Assembly: GCA_964493915.1 (NCBI GenBank)
Contig: CAZBQH010000200.1
Location: 12,182-76,181 of the forward strand
From: an uncultured Nitrospiraceae bacterium
Lineage (GTDB): Bacteria > Hydrogenedentota > Hydrogenedentia > Hydrogenedentales > SLHB01
Length of the DNA: 64,000 nt
Direction: 5' to 3'
Shown here: positions 8,838 through 18,670 of the stretch, piece by piece
Layout of the letters: each line of letters starts with the position of its first letter
Position numbering within the stretch: the stretch's first letter is position 1
Translations under genes and position numbers: made by a program
Notes under the pieces: model-generated
Told to the model about the DNA's origin: nothing
The model's input: the letters and a program-made list of their open reading frames with translations, nothing else
The model's database searches: none

Positions 8838-10613
8838 ATGTTCAGCAAGAGAGCCATCCTCGCAATGAGCATTGCGCTCTCGGTGGCCTTTCACGGAGCG
8901 CTTCTTGCACTCGCGCCGCGAGTCACGCTGCTGCCTATGGCGGCGTACCCTGAGCAACTCGTCCGCCGGTTCAATATCGAGCTCTTCAGGCCCGAATCTG
9001 TCATAATCGAAGAGCAAATTGTGGAAGCCAGACACGCCGGTCTGATCACCCGTCCAGACTCGATCGAGGACCTGCTCAGACGCGACAACGAGAAGGCCAG
9101 GACATCCGAAACGCTGCTCCGCCAAACGGTCGAGGTCCCGCGCCTCGCTGAACGCGTAGCAGCGGAAGATCTCGATCGGGAGCACGACCTGACCCCTGAT
9201 CCGGACCTCCTCAGCCGGATGGACGCCCGCATCATCGAGATTACCGAGTCTGCAGCGCGTCGTGACGTCGAGGTCCCGCGGCGGCTTGTTCGGCCCAGCC
9301 CTTCCCGGATCCTCCCGGCGGATGCGTTCCCGGTCCTTCGCTCTTCACAAGAGGAAGGCCTCGTCGACGTCATGCTCATTGATTCACCAGCGGGGAGTGG
9401 GCAAGCAGGGAGCGGCGGCCCCGCCGCGAGCAGCGTCGAGCCCGAGGATGAATCCGCGCATCCTGTGCAGGTTCCCGACGAAGACATCCTGAAGCCCGCG
9501 CCTGCGGAACGCAGTCTGCCTGAGTTGCCTGCTGAGCCTGTTGTCGTACGCGAGGCGGTCCTCGAGGAGGTGAAAAGAGAGCGGCCCTACGAGTTCATGG
9601 ACGAACTGGTCGATATCAAGGTCGATTCCTACATGCCTTCCGGCGACGAGAAGGGCTTTTTCAAACTGCGCATCATTCCGAAGGCCAAGTCCAACATCGA
9701 GGTCTTGCCTAAGGACATCACCTTTGTCATCGATGCATCAAGCAGTATTCTGCAACGAAAACTCAATCACACTACGGCCGGCCTCGAGCAAGTAATAGCA
9801 GCCTTGAGACCGGAGGATCGATTCAATGTCGTGGTCTTCCGGGATGCGCCACAGCAATTTCAGCCGGCGCCTGTGTCCGCCACCGAAGAGAACAAGCAAG
9901 GCGCTCTCGGTTTCATCTCGAACCTTGAGTCTTTCGGCGAGACCGACGTGTACCAGGCTATTCGTCCTGTCGTGCTTGAATCGCCCCGGCCCGGTGTCCC
10001 CGGGATTGTCGTTCTTATGTCGGATGGACGCCCGACAAAAGGCGTGCGCGACGGACGCACTATTATCAATGCCCTTACCGCTGAAAACGAGGGACGCCAG
10101 GCGATCTTCGCCTTGAGCGGCGGAGGCGGCGTGAACCGTTATCTTCTCGACCTGCTCGCCTACCGCAACAAGGGGGCTTCCTTTGTCACGGGGACCATAG
10201 AAGAGATCCAGCAGGCCGTGCCCCGCTTCCTTGGGCAGGTCAGCGATCCTATCCTTGTGGATTGCGAGGCCGACTACGGGCGCATTAACCAGGACGAAGT
10301 CTTTCCGAAGGAAATCCCCGGCTTTTACCGGGGCCGCCCGGTTACAATCTACGGACGCTTCGATCCTGCTAAGGACCATAGCCTTGTGATGCGGCTCAAA
10401 GGGCTCGCGGGCTCACGCGAAAAGGAGGTAGTGTTTCAGACGGATCTTGCCGCCGCAGCGACAGGCGAGGCCGAGATCGCACGAAACTGGGCGTTCCACA
10501 AGATCTACTACCTCATCGGCGAGATATGCCGGATTGGCGAAGACCCGGCCCTCTTGTCTGAACTCCGGCATCTCAGCGAAGAATACCGTATCAAGACAAG
10601 TTATGATGAATAG
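8838..10613 (+). CDS. VWA (von Willebrand factor type A) domain membrane protein with Pro/Glu-rich linker
   Basis: 591 aa. N-terminal TM (ILAMSIALSVAFHGALLALAP), then an acidic/Pro-rich segment (…PVQVPDEDILKPAPAERSLPELPAEPVVV…), then a VWA domain carrying a MIDAS motif (DASSS) in DITFVIDASSSIL…VVLMSDGRPT. Confidence 0.75.
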   Translation: MFSKRAILAMSIALSVAFHGALLALAPRVTLLPMAAYPEQLVRRFNIELFRPESVIIEEQIVEARHAGLITRPDSIEDLLRRDNEKARTSETLLRQTVEVPRLAERVAAEDLDREHDLTPDPDLLSRMDARIIEITESAARRDVEVPRRLVRPSPSRILPADAFPVLRSSQEEGLVDVMLIDSPAGSGQAGSGGPAASSVEPEDESAHPVQVPDEDILKPAPAERSLPELPAEPVVVREAVLEEVKRERPYEFMDELVDIKVDSYMPSGDEKGFFKLRIIPKAKSNIEVLPKDITFVIDASSSILQRKLNHTTAGLEQVIAALRPEDRFNVVVFRDAPQQFQPAPVSATEENKQGALGFISNLESFGETDVYQAIRPVVLESPRPGVPGIVVLMSDGRPTKGVRDGRTIINALTAENEGRQAIFALSGGGGVNRYLLDLLAYRNKGASFVTGTIEEIQQAVPRFLGQVSDPILVDCEADYGRINQDEVFPKEIPGFYRGRPVTIYGRFDPAKDHSLVMRLKGLAGSREKEVVFQTDLAAAATGEAEIARNWAFHKIYYLIGEICRIGEDPALLSELRHLSEEYRIKTSYDE

Positions 10614-10627
10614 AAAAGGGGGACCCG

Positions 10628-13051
10628 ATGATCACTCTTGGGTGTTTTCTTCTAGGCGCTCTGCTTCCCGTTGAAGGACCAAGCGATGCCGAGTGGGATC
10701 ATGCCCGCTGCATCCTCGAACCTCTGCCGGACGGGGCGATGATCATCTATGACTTTACAGGGAATGTCACGAGCTGTTGGGCGCGTCGTGTCTATGCCGA
10801 GGCCCGGGACCTGACAGCCCACCAGTACCTCACATTCACCGTCCACGGCGAAGGGACCGGATTGCGGCTCTCAACTCACATCATTCGGCATGAGAACGGC
10901 AAGGAGCAGGCGTTCGCCAGTCCGGCCATCGAGTTGGATTATGCAGAGACCCGCTCTTTCAGTGTTCCGTTGCGCGCTATGGTGCATAGCGGCAGACTGA
11001 TCTCCGACGAAGAACTCCGGGACATCGACCAAGTGAACTTTGGCCTCAATCGGGTAGCTTCAGGCCGGGGACGCCTGTCCGTCACAGACATCGCATTTTC
11101 TGATGCGCCCCGGGGCGAGGTCCTCGAACCTTCTCTCTCGAAGGCCGCATTCGCATCCGACGAAGACTTTCTGGCGGCGATTGACTGGCCGGCGGGCGTA
11201 GAGCGGAGCGTCGAAGGTTTTGGGACACATCTAGCCCGTCGGGGAAAGCCGCGTTTCTTCTTTGACGGACAGGATCCGGCCAAGCTCCTGGCCGTGTTGC
11301 GCGCCCGATTCCCCGGCGTGCTTCGGGCTAAACGCCGCGATGCCGATGAGCACGTGCTCCCCCGGCGCTTTGTGTTCGAAGGCGACGCGCGTCAACTGTC
11401 GGATCCGATTCAATGGCATCAAGGTCCCGTCGAATGGACGAATATTCTCAACCGTCTTCAGTACCTCGAGTCTCTCTGGGTCACCTATTGGGATACAGGC
11501 GATGACCAATATGCTGAGGACTGCGTGGGTCTTCTGAATGACTGGATCGACAACAACCGCCCCCCGGACCTCGTCGGCAATGAGGGCTACCCCGAGGGCA
11601 ACCCGTGGCGTTCACTCGAAGTGGGCGTCCGCTGCGATACGGTCGCGCGGGCGTTTTACGCCCTTGCCGGTTCGCCGTCTCTTTCTTCCACTATGCGGGC
11701 AAAAATCGCCCGATCTCTGGCCGAGCACGCCCGCTACCTGGTCGCTATGGAAAAGCGGACGGGCTACAGCGGCGGGAATTGGCAAGTAGTCGAATGCGCC
11801 GGGCTTGCGACCGTCGGCATGCTCTTTCCCGAGTTCAAAGAGGCGACGGAATGGCGCGAAACAGGGCTTCACTGGCTTTATGAGCACATGAAGCGCGACG
11901 TCTATGACGACGGCGTCCACCACGAGGTCACACCCGGTTACCATGGCTGGGTAACGGAACGGTTCACGACTGTGCTGCAATTGGCCAGACTTAATGGGTA
12001 TGCCCTGGACGAAGGTTTTACCCGCAAACTCGAGAGAATGTACGACTTCGACCTCAAAATCGCGTCTCCCAGCGGACATACTCCAATGAACGGAGACTGC
12101 GGCCGCGCCTCACTGCGCGGACGCTTGGCAACTGGCGCACTTCTCTACGACGACCCGCACATGCGCTATCTGGGGGACCCGGCGCCTTCCCTTGACGCCG
12201 TTTGGCTCTTGGGTCCGGGTGCCGTAGAACGTTACGACGCTATGGCGAAGACGCCGCCGTCTTTCACGTCGGTCCTTCTGCCCGACAGCGGTTACTGCAT
12301 CATGCGGACGGGTTGGGGACCCGACGACCTGTGGTTCTTCTTTGACCTGGTCCCCTATGGCGGCGGCCACAGCCACCCCGACCAACTCTCCTTCGATTTC
12401 CAGGCGGGGCCAACGCTCGTCATAAGCGACTCGGGCCGGGCCAATTACAACCATCCGCTTCATGCCGGCTACTTCCGCACGCCTGAAGCCCACAACACCT
12501 GCTCGGTGGACGGCCGCTTTGCTGATCCACAGAAATCCCCGAAAAGACTCGAGTGGCAGGTGGGCGCGCGATATGCCGTTGCGCGCGGGTCTATTCCCAT
12601 CGGCGACGTGCTGTGGGAACGTGGCGTGCTTTGGGTCAAACCGGACCTCTGGGTGGTCCGCGACCTCTTCAAAGGAACGGGTCTCCATCGCGTCGTGCGC
12701 CGGGTGCATTTCGCTGCTTCTTATCCAGAAAACCCTGAGCTGCCGTTCCCCTTTACCGACTGCGTACGGATCGACGACGGGCAAGTCCGCGCCGAGGATG
12801 GTTGGTTTGGGATCAGCGCCTCGACGCGCTATGAAGCGCCGACTCTCGCGGCGGCGAGCGAGATCCAGTTGCCCGGCGTCCTGTGGATGTTAGTCAGCCC
12901 CGATAGCGCCCTTCTCAAAGCCGTCTCGGTCCGATCGAATGTCGAAGACTTTGCTCTCACAGTCCCCGGCGCTTGGGAGGTGCATTGGCGCTGGCCCGAC
13001 GGGGAAGGCCCCAGCGACGTAGTCTGGACCAGGGTAGGTGATGCGTCGTGA
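10628..13051 (+). CDS. heparinase II/III family protein (polysaccharide lyase-like) with N-terminal beta-domain
   Basis: 807 aa. The central region resembles heparinase II/III/alginate-lyase toroid proteins (…NPWRSLEVGVRCD…GGNWQVVECAGLATVG…HHEVTPGYHGW…). Its stop overlaps the next gene by 14 nt. Confidence 0.6.
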   Translation: MITLGCFLLGALLPVEGPSDAEWDHARCILEPLPDGAMIIYDFTGNVTSCWARRVYAEARDLTAHQYLTFTVHGEGTGLRLSTHIIRHENGKEQAFASPAIELDYAETRSFSVPLRAMVHSGRLISDEELRDIDQVNFGLNRVASGRGRLSVTDIAFSDAPRGEVLEPSLSKAAFASDEDFLAAIDWPAGVERSVEGFGTHLARRGKPRFFFDGQDPAKLLAVLRARFPGVLRAKRRDADEHVLPRRFVFEGDARQLSDPIQWHQGPVEWTNILNRLQYLESLWVTYWDTGDDQYAEDCVGLLNDWIDNNRPPDLVGNEGYPEGNPWRSLEVGVRCDTVARAFYALAGSPSLSSTMRAKIARSLAEHARYLVAMEKRTGYSGGNWQVVECAGLATVGMLFPEFKEATEWRETGLHWLYEHMKRDVYDDGVHHEVTPGYHGWVTERFTTVLQLARLNGYALDEGFTRKLERMYDFDLKIASPSGHTPMNGDCGRASLRGRLATGALLYDDPHMRYLGDPAPSLDAVWLLGPGAVERYDAMAKTPPSFTSVLLPDSGYCIMRTGWGPDDLWFFFDLVPYGGGHSHPDQLSFDFQAGPTLVISDSGRANYNHPLHAGYFRTPEAHNTCSVDGRFADPQKSPKRLEWQVGARYAVARGSIPIGDVLWERGVLWVKPDLWVVRDLFKGTGLHRVVRRVHFAASYPENPELPFPFTDCVRIDDGQVRAEDGWFGISASTRYEAPTLAAASEIQLPGVLWMLVSPDSALLKAVSVRSNVEDFALTVPGAWEVHWRWPDGEGPSDVVWTRVGDAS

Positions 13052-14711
13052 CTTTCTGACGCCGAATCAGTGGATGAAAGCGCTACATACGCCTGCGGCG
13101 GCGAGGCAGCTCTCCGCTGTCTACGGCCCTTCGAGCGAGGTTTTGGCTGATCGGGTCCAGCTCTTGCGGCGGGTACTGGACCAGTTTGGCGCACGCTTCG
13201 GCGATGTGCCCGTCCGTGTGTTCCGATGCCCAGCGCGGGTGAACCTGCGCGGCATGCATGTCGACACCCACGGCGGATTCCTTAACCTGACGACCCACCA
13301 GCGAGAAACGGTGATTGCCGCGTGCTCTAGTGGTACCCGCCAAGCCGTAGTTGCCAATATCGACCCTCAGTACCCGGAGACGCTGGTCGATCTCGACCAC
13401 GAGACCCGCCGCTCCATTTTCACGGGACCTTGGCTTGACTTCATTTCTGCACCCGAAGTAACAAGCGAGGTGGATAAGCGAAAGGGCGCGTGGAGTAACT
13501 ATGTCAAAGGCGCCTTGCTGAGCGCTCAACACCGATTCCACGATGCGCCGCTCTCTGGCATGAATGGGGTCGTGGGCAGCGACATACCTCAAGGGGCCGC
13601 CCTTAGTTCGTCTGCGGCCCTCTGCGTTGCTGTTATCCTGAGTTTCCTGGGCTGCAACGGAAAAGCCCTTGGCGAACTGGAATTGATCCAGGCAGGCGCC
13701 GACGCGGAGTGGTACACAGGGGCACGGAGCGGCCTGAGCGACCAGGCCGCTATGGTGCTCGGCGATCTCGGCGAGATGATCAATGTGGCGTTGTTCCCGC
13801 CGGCGCCTGACCTGTCTAGCTGTCGGCGGCTGGTCTTTCCAGAGCAACTGACCTTGCTTGTCATTGACTCGGGGACCCGGCGCAGTCTCAGCGGTGCTGA
13901 ACTCGCGGCCTATACGCGGAATCGCTTTGTTTACTCGCTGGCGTTGGACGTCGCCCGCCAGGAACTTGCCGTACAAGGAGCGCCTCCCGGTCTTGTGGAC
14001 CGGATCGATCGGCTTCCCCATCTCTCTCCTGGATTCCTCGAAGAAATCGGGGGGCTCGAAGCCGTCTACAGGCTTCTGGCGCACTTGCCCCTCGAGATCT
14101 CCCTGAACGGGCTAAGGGAGCGATATGGTCTTTCCTCGCTGGATGCGCACTATAGACGGTATTTTGATACGGTACCGCCTGATCTCAGACCCCAAACCTT
14201 CAGCATGCGCGGTCCCTTGGCCTTCGGCATCGCAGAGTCCGAGCGTGCCCGCCTGTTTATCGACTTCATGGCCCGCGGTAATTACGAAGAGGCTGGAAGA
14301 CTCATGTCGATAGGGCATGACGGGGACCGCCGCGTGGACAGGGCAGGGCGGGCATACGAAAACACGTTGAACGATCGGCGCCTGACAATCCTCGCACGGT
14401 CCCGCAAGCCCATCTACTTAGTACCCGGAGTCTACGGTGCGAGCAGCCCGGTTCTCGACAGCATCGTGGACGTTGCTCTGGATGCGGGGGCATTGGGCGC
14501 CAGTCTAACGGGCGCGGGCATTGCGGGGACTGTTGTGGCGTTGTGCAGGGCGCATAGCAGCCAGGCAGTTGCCGAGGCCCTGCGGCATTGGCTTGGTTCG
14601 AGGGAATACGCCGCGTTGGCAAGACGCCGGACCGCTTTCACGAAGGCCGAAAGCGCCGCTGCCGTCGTCGAGAACCATGTCGTTGCGCCGGCATGTGAGC
14701 TGACAATTTAG
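13038..14711 (+). CDS. GHMP-family sugar kinase (galactokinase-like)
   Basis: 557 aa. PARVNLRGMHVDTHGGF matches the galactokinase signature. GHMP motif 2 is GAALSSSAA; the C-terminal glycine-rich motif is TGAGIAGTVVAL. GTG ATG start with the RBS AGGGTAGG. Confidence 0.65.
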   Translation: MMRRDFLTPNQWMKALHTPAAARQLSAVYGPSSEVLADRVQLLRRVLDQFGARFGDVPVRVFRCPARVNLRGMHVDTHGGFLNLTTHQRETVIAACSSGTRQAVVANIDPQYPETLVDLDHETRRSIFTGPWLDFISAPEVTSEVDKRKGAWSNYVKGALLSAQHRFHDAPLSGMNGVVGSDIPQGAALSSSAALCVAVILSFLGCNGKALGELELIQAGADAEWYTGARSGLSDQAAMVLGDLGEMINVALFPPAPDLSSCRRLVFPEQLTLLVIDSGTRRSLSGAELAAYTRNRFVYSLALDVARQELAVQGAPPGLVDRIDRLPHLSPGFLEEIGGLEAVYRLLAHLPLEISLNGLRERYGLSSLDAHYRRYFDTVPPDLRPQTFSMRGPLAFGIAESERARLFIDFMARGNYEEAGRLMSIGHDGDRRVDRAGRAYENTLNDRRLTILARSRKPIYLVPGVYGASSPVLDSIVDVALDAGALGASLTGAGIAGTVVALCRAHSSQAVAEALRHWLGSREYAALARRRTAFTKAESAAAVVENHVVAPACELTI

Positions 14712-14817
14712 TACGGACTGTGCGCGCAATTGTGCCTGGCATCCGGCAAAACGCTGCCAGAACTGACGAACTTTTTCATGTATTCACCCCTCATAAGGGT
14801 TCATTTCCTGCTCTTTA

Positions 14818-14847
14818 TTGATTGAAAGTGAGTTTTATCAGTATATT
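14818..14847 (+). promoter_or_regulatory. sigma70-like promoter candidate inside an AT-rich island (TTGATT-18 nt-TATATT)
   Basis: The island spans about 14760-14880 and falls below 35% GC in a genome of roughly 63% GC. TTGATT at 14818-14823, TATATT at 14842-14847. Confidence 0.35.
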
Positions 14848-14953
14848 ATCTTTTTTCCGATTTAGGCATATATCTTGCTCACCCAATGGCCAGAGCATAT
14901 GTACTTGGGTGACACGCAAGCCTCCGGGCTTGACTTTCAAGGGATTCAGCGCC

Positions 14954-15952
14954 GTGAGCAACGACGAAGTACTTGTTGATTTGATGGAGCACGCGATAGC
15001 AGGGGACTGCCTCAGCAGTCATTCGGCGGCCGTCCTCGAGGAACGATTGGAGAAAGGCGCTGGCGACGACCGTGCAAGGGCTCAGCTTCTGGGCTACTGG
15101 TTTCCACGAAGACAAGGTTCTGAGTCGGCGCGTTCGTCCCATGACGCACAGGTGTTGTGGCTGATCGAGCATACACCGGACAGCCCTATCCTGGCGCTGC
15201 CTCAGGCCTATATCGTTGCGCCCGTCGAAGACACGGAATACGAGCGCATGAGGACCGCGTGGCTGCGGCAGGTCCAGGTTCATGGTTCCGATCCGGCGGT
15301 GTTGGGCAACGCTGCCCGCTTCTTTATTCTGCATGACCCCGAGCTGTCGGAATCCCTTCTAAAAAAAGCCCGCACACTTGACCCTCTCGAACACGAATGG
15401 GCCCAGCTCTTGGGGCAAGTCTATACGCTGCGCTACCAGTCCTCATGGACGCCGGAAGAAAGACACGAGGCTGCCGCACTTGCTCTCGATGCACTTGAGG
15501 AGTCCCTGCGTCTGGCAGATGAAGAGGTGGAGCGCTCCGATCTGCTGGACGAGGCGGCCAAGATTGCCCTTGCCGCCGGGTCTTACGAGAAGGCTGCTGT
15601 GTATGCGCGGGAATTGCTCACATACGCCCTGTCGGAGGATTGCTGGGAGAAAGGCAACGCCGTGCATGACGGCAACATGGTTCTGGGATGTGTTGCCCTC
15701 CGAGCCGGTCAGACTGCCATCGCAAAGGCCCACCTGATGGCCGCGGGACGCGCGGAGGGCTCGTCGCACCTCAATTCCTTCGGTCCTAACATGACACTTG
15801 CCAAAGAACTGCTCGAGGCCGGGGAGCGCGCTGCTGTACTCAAATACTTGCGCCTTTGCAGACGGTTTTGGCCTGACGAGATCCTTGGTCTATGGATTGA
15901 ACAGATCGAGAGAGGCGCAATACCTGAATTCGGGCCGCATCTTTACTTCTGA
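14954..15952 (+). CDS. hypothetical all-alpha protein
   Basis: The track ORF 14822..15952 begins inside the promoter island, so the real start is probably GTG 14954 (AAGGGA 9 nt upstream) or ATG 14984 (MEHAIAG…). No recognisable family; helical, TPR/HEAT-like composition. Confidence 0.4.
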   Translation: MSNDEVLVDLMEHAIAGDCLSSHSAAVLEERLEKGAGDDRARAQLLGYWFPRRQGSESARSSHDAQVLWLIEHTPDSPILALPQAYIVAPVEDTEYERMRTAWLRQVQVHGSDPAVLGNAARFFILHDPELSESLLKKARTLDPLEHEWAQLLGQVYTLRYQSSWTPEERHEAAALALDALEESLRLADEEVERSDLLDEAAKIALAAGSYEKAAVYARELLTYALSEDCWEKGNAVHDGNMVLGCVALRAGQTAIAKAHLMAAGRAEGSSHLNSFGPNMTLAKELLEAGERAAVLKYLRLCRRFWPDEILGLWIEQIERGAIPEFGPHLYF

Positions 15953-16090
15953 CCGTGCGGCCGTGTTCGCCTCGATCCGCCCGAGCAACGTCCCGATTTG
16001 CCTGCACAGCCCCTTTGCTGATATCCTTAATCGAAGGTTCCTCGCCTGGTTCTTCACCCGTTCTCCTGGTCCAATGCACGGGAGCCTGCC

Positions 16091-16822
16091 GTGTCGCAAG
16101 AGCGAACAGAAGCCATCGTATTGCGCGGGGTCGACTTCGGCGAGACAAGTCGAATCGTTACCTTTTTCTCCCCTGAGCGGGGACGGCTGACGTGCATCGC
16201 CCAAGGCGCCCGGCGGCCGAAGAATCGGTATGGCGCGGCGCTCGACACGCTGAATCGCTTGGAGTTGGTGTATTATTGGAAAGATGGGCGGGAAGTTCAG
16301 AAACTGGGCGAGGTAAGCCTGCTGGAAGACTTCGGGCAACTAAAGGCAGACCTCGACAAAAGCCTGTTCACGATGCTTCCCGTTGAGCTGGTGTATCGAA
16401 TTGCCCATGCAAACGAACCCTCGTCTGAACTGTATGGGATGCTCATGCATGGACTGCATGAGATGACGGCATGGCGCGGCGATGTCCGGACGCACGCTGT
16501 GTGGCAGGCAGTTCAGTTGGTTTCGGCGGCTGGTTTCCGGCCGGACCTCGGCGATATCAACCGGACGGGCGAAGGCGGGCCCTTCGCATATGCCCGGGGT
16601 CTGGCCGATTCGCAGGAAACGGCCGGCTGCAAGTTGGAAGCGGACGAGGTCCGCGCGTTGCGCGCGCTGGTGCTTGAGGAATCGCGTTGCCCGGACCTTG
16701 TGGTGAGTGGCGCCTTGTTCGAAGCCCTGTGCGGCTATTTCCGGTGGCAGCTCGATACGGATTTTCGAAGCTTGCGCGTCATCCGTGAAATGTACGGTTC
16801 GCGCAAAGGACGCGCTACGTAA
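16091..16822 (+). CDS. recO: DNA repair protein RecO
   Basis: 243 aa, GTG start. The N-terminal OB-fold pattern EAIVLRGVDFGETSRIVTFFSPERGRL and a central Zn/Cys-poor bacterial RecO-like region are present. Confidence 0.8.
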   Translation: MSQERTEAIVLRGVDFGETSRIVTFFSPERGRLTCIAQGARRPKNRYGAALDTLNRLELVYYWKDGREVQKLGEVSLLEDFGQLKADLDKSLFTMLPVELVYRIAHANEPSSELYGMLMHGLHEMTAWRGDVRTHAVWQAVQLVSAAGFRPDLGDINRTGEGGPFAYARGLADSQETAGCKLEADEVRALRALVLEESRCPDLVVSGALFEALCGYFRWQLDTDFRSLRVIREMYGSRKGRAT

Positions 16823-16849
16823 CGCGCGGGGCGCTGGCAATGGAACAAG

Positions 16850-18664
16850 ATGGCAGATTCCCAAAGTAAAACGCGTAATTTCTGCATCATAGCTCATATC
16901 GACCACGGCAAGTCGACGCTGGCGGACCGTATCCTGCAGGAGACAGGGGCTGTTGATGAACGGACGCTCAAGGAACAGACCCTTGACACCATGGATCTTG
17001 AGCGAGAGCGGGGGATTACAATCAAATCTGCGACGGTCCGGCTGAACTACCGGGCTGTCAACGGCCAGGACTATACCCTGAATCTCATAGACACCCCGGG
17101 CCATGTGGATTTCTCCTACGAAGTGTCCCGAAGTCTAGCTGCATGCGAAGGCGCCCTTCTGGTGGTCGATGCGGCGCAGGGGGTCGAGGCCCAGACGCTG
17201 GCCAACGCATACAAGGCTGTCGAGCAGAACATCGAAATTGTCCCGGTGATTAACAAGATCGACCTGCCGGGCGCGGATGTTGCAAGTGTACGCAGACAGA
17301 TTACGGAAGTGGTGGGCCTCGATGGCGACCATGCCCTCCTGACCAGCGCCAAGGAAGGCATAGGAACCCAAGACGTTCTCGAGGCGATCGTGAGCAGGAT
17401 TCCCCCGCCGCAGGGCAATCCAAGCGCGCCGCTCCGCGCCCTGATTGTGGACGCGATCTATGACCTGTACCGAGGCGTGATCGTCTATGTGCGCGTTGTG
17501 GAAGGTCGCCTTGTGAAAGGTATGAAGGTCCAGATGATGGCTACAGGCGCCCGGTACGACGTGTCTGAGCTGGGCGTGCAGACCCCCGAAATGAAGCCCA
17601 TAGACGAACTGCAGGCGGGAGACGTTGGCTACCTGATCTGCAACATAAAGACCTTGCAGGATACCAAGATCGGCGACACGGTCACAGGCGCGCACAACCC
17701 CGCCTCGAAGCCTTTACCGGGCTACAAGGAAGTCAAACCGGTAGTGTTCTGCGGACTGTATCCGGCGGTAGCCACGGATTTTCAGGAGCTGCGCGACGCC
17801 CTTGAACGGCTGCAGCTCAATGATTCGTCTTTCCAATTCCACCCTGACAGTTCGGACGCTCTGGGTCTGGGGTTCCGGCTTGGTTTTCTGGGTCTGCTCC
17901 ATATGGAAATTGTGCAGGAACGACTCGAGCGCGAGTTTGGCCTGACTCTCGTCATCACCATGCCGAACGTGGCTTATCAGGTAACGGACAGGGACGGGAC
18001 CACCGTCACGATCCAGAACGCCTCGCAAATGCGTCCTCAGGCCGAGGTGGAACGGATTGAGGAGCCCTACATCGAGGCGGAGATTATCTGCCCGACCGAG
18101 TATTTGAGTCCGGTCATCGAGTTATGCAAGAAGAAGCGCGGCGTTCACGTCCGGGTGGACTACATTGACGCCAAGCGCTGCATGGCGGTATATGAGATGC
18201 CGCTGGCTGAGATTGTTATTGACTTCTACGACAAGCTGAAGACCTTCACCCGGGGTTACGGGTCCCTCGAGTACCAGATTATCGGTTTCCGGGAGAGCGA
18301 TCTGGTAAAATTGGACATCTTATTGAACGGCGAGCCTGTGGACGCGCTCTCGACGATTGTTCACAGGCAGCGTGCCGAAGGGGTAGGGCGGCAATTGGCG
18401 TCGAAACTGCGCAAACTGATTCCGCGCCAGCAGTTCGAGGTTGCAATACAGGCCGCTATCGGCAGCCGGATTATCGTGCGCGAAACGGTTAAGCCATTGC
18501 GCAAGAATGTGACGGCCAAGTGCTATGGAGGGGACATCACACGCAAACGCAAACTGCTTGAGAAGCAGAAAGAAGGCAAACGTCGGATGAAGCAGATTGG
18601 TGCAGTCGAGGTACCGCAGGAGGCTTTTATGGCCCTTCTGCGCGTTAGTGAGGAGTCGGATTAA
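16850..18664 (+). CDS. lepA: elongation factor 4 (LepA) translational GTPase
   Basis: 604 aa. [18 protein letters not shown]1 motif, [12 protein letters not shown], and the C-terminal LepA-specific domain. Confidence 0.95.
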   Translation: MADSQSKTRNFCIIAHIDHGKSTLADRILQETGAVDERTLKEQTLDTMDLERERGITIKSATVRLNYRAVNGQDYTLNLIDTPGHVDFSYEVSRSLAACEGALLVVDAAQGVEAQTLANAYKAVEQNIEIVPVINKIDLPGADVASVRRQITEVVGLDGDHALLTSAKEGIGTQDVLEAIVSRIPPPQGNPSAPLRALIVDAIYDLYRGVIVYVRVVEGRLVKGMKVQMMATGARYDVSELGVQTPEMKPIDELQAGDVGYLICNIKTLQDTKIGDTVTGAHNPASKPLPGYKEVKPVVFCGLYPAVATDFQELRDALERLQLNDSSFQFHPDSSDALGLGFRLGFLGLLHMEIVQERLEREFGLTLVITMPNVAYQVTDRDGTTVTIQNASQMRPQAEVERIEEPYIEAEIICPTEYLSPVIELCKKKRGVHVRVDYIDAKRCMAVYEMPLAEIVIDFYDKLKTFTRGYGSLEYQIIGFRESDLVKLDILLNGEPVDALSTIVHRQRAEGVGRQLASKLRKLIPRQQFEVAIQAAIGSRIIVRETVKPLRKNVTAKCYGGDITRKRKLLEKQKEGKRRMKQIGAVEVPQEAFMALLRVSEESD

Positions 18665-18670
18665 CCCATT

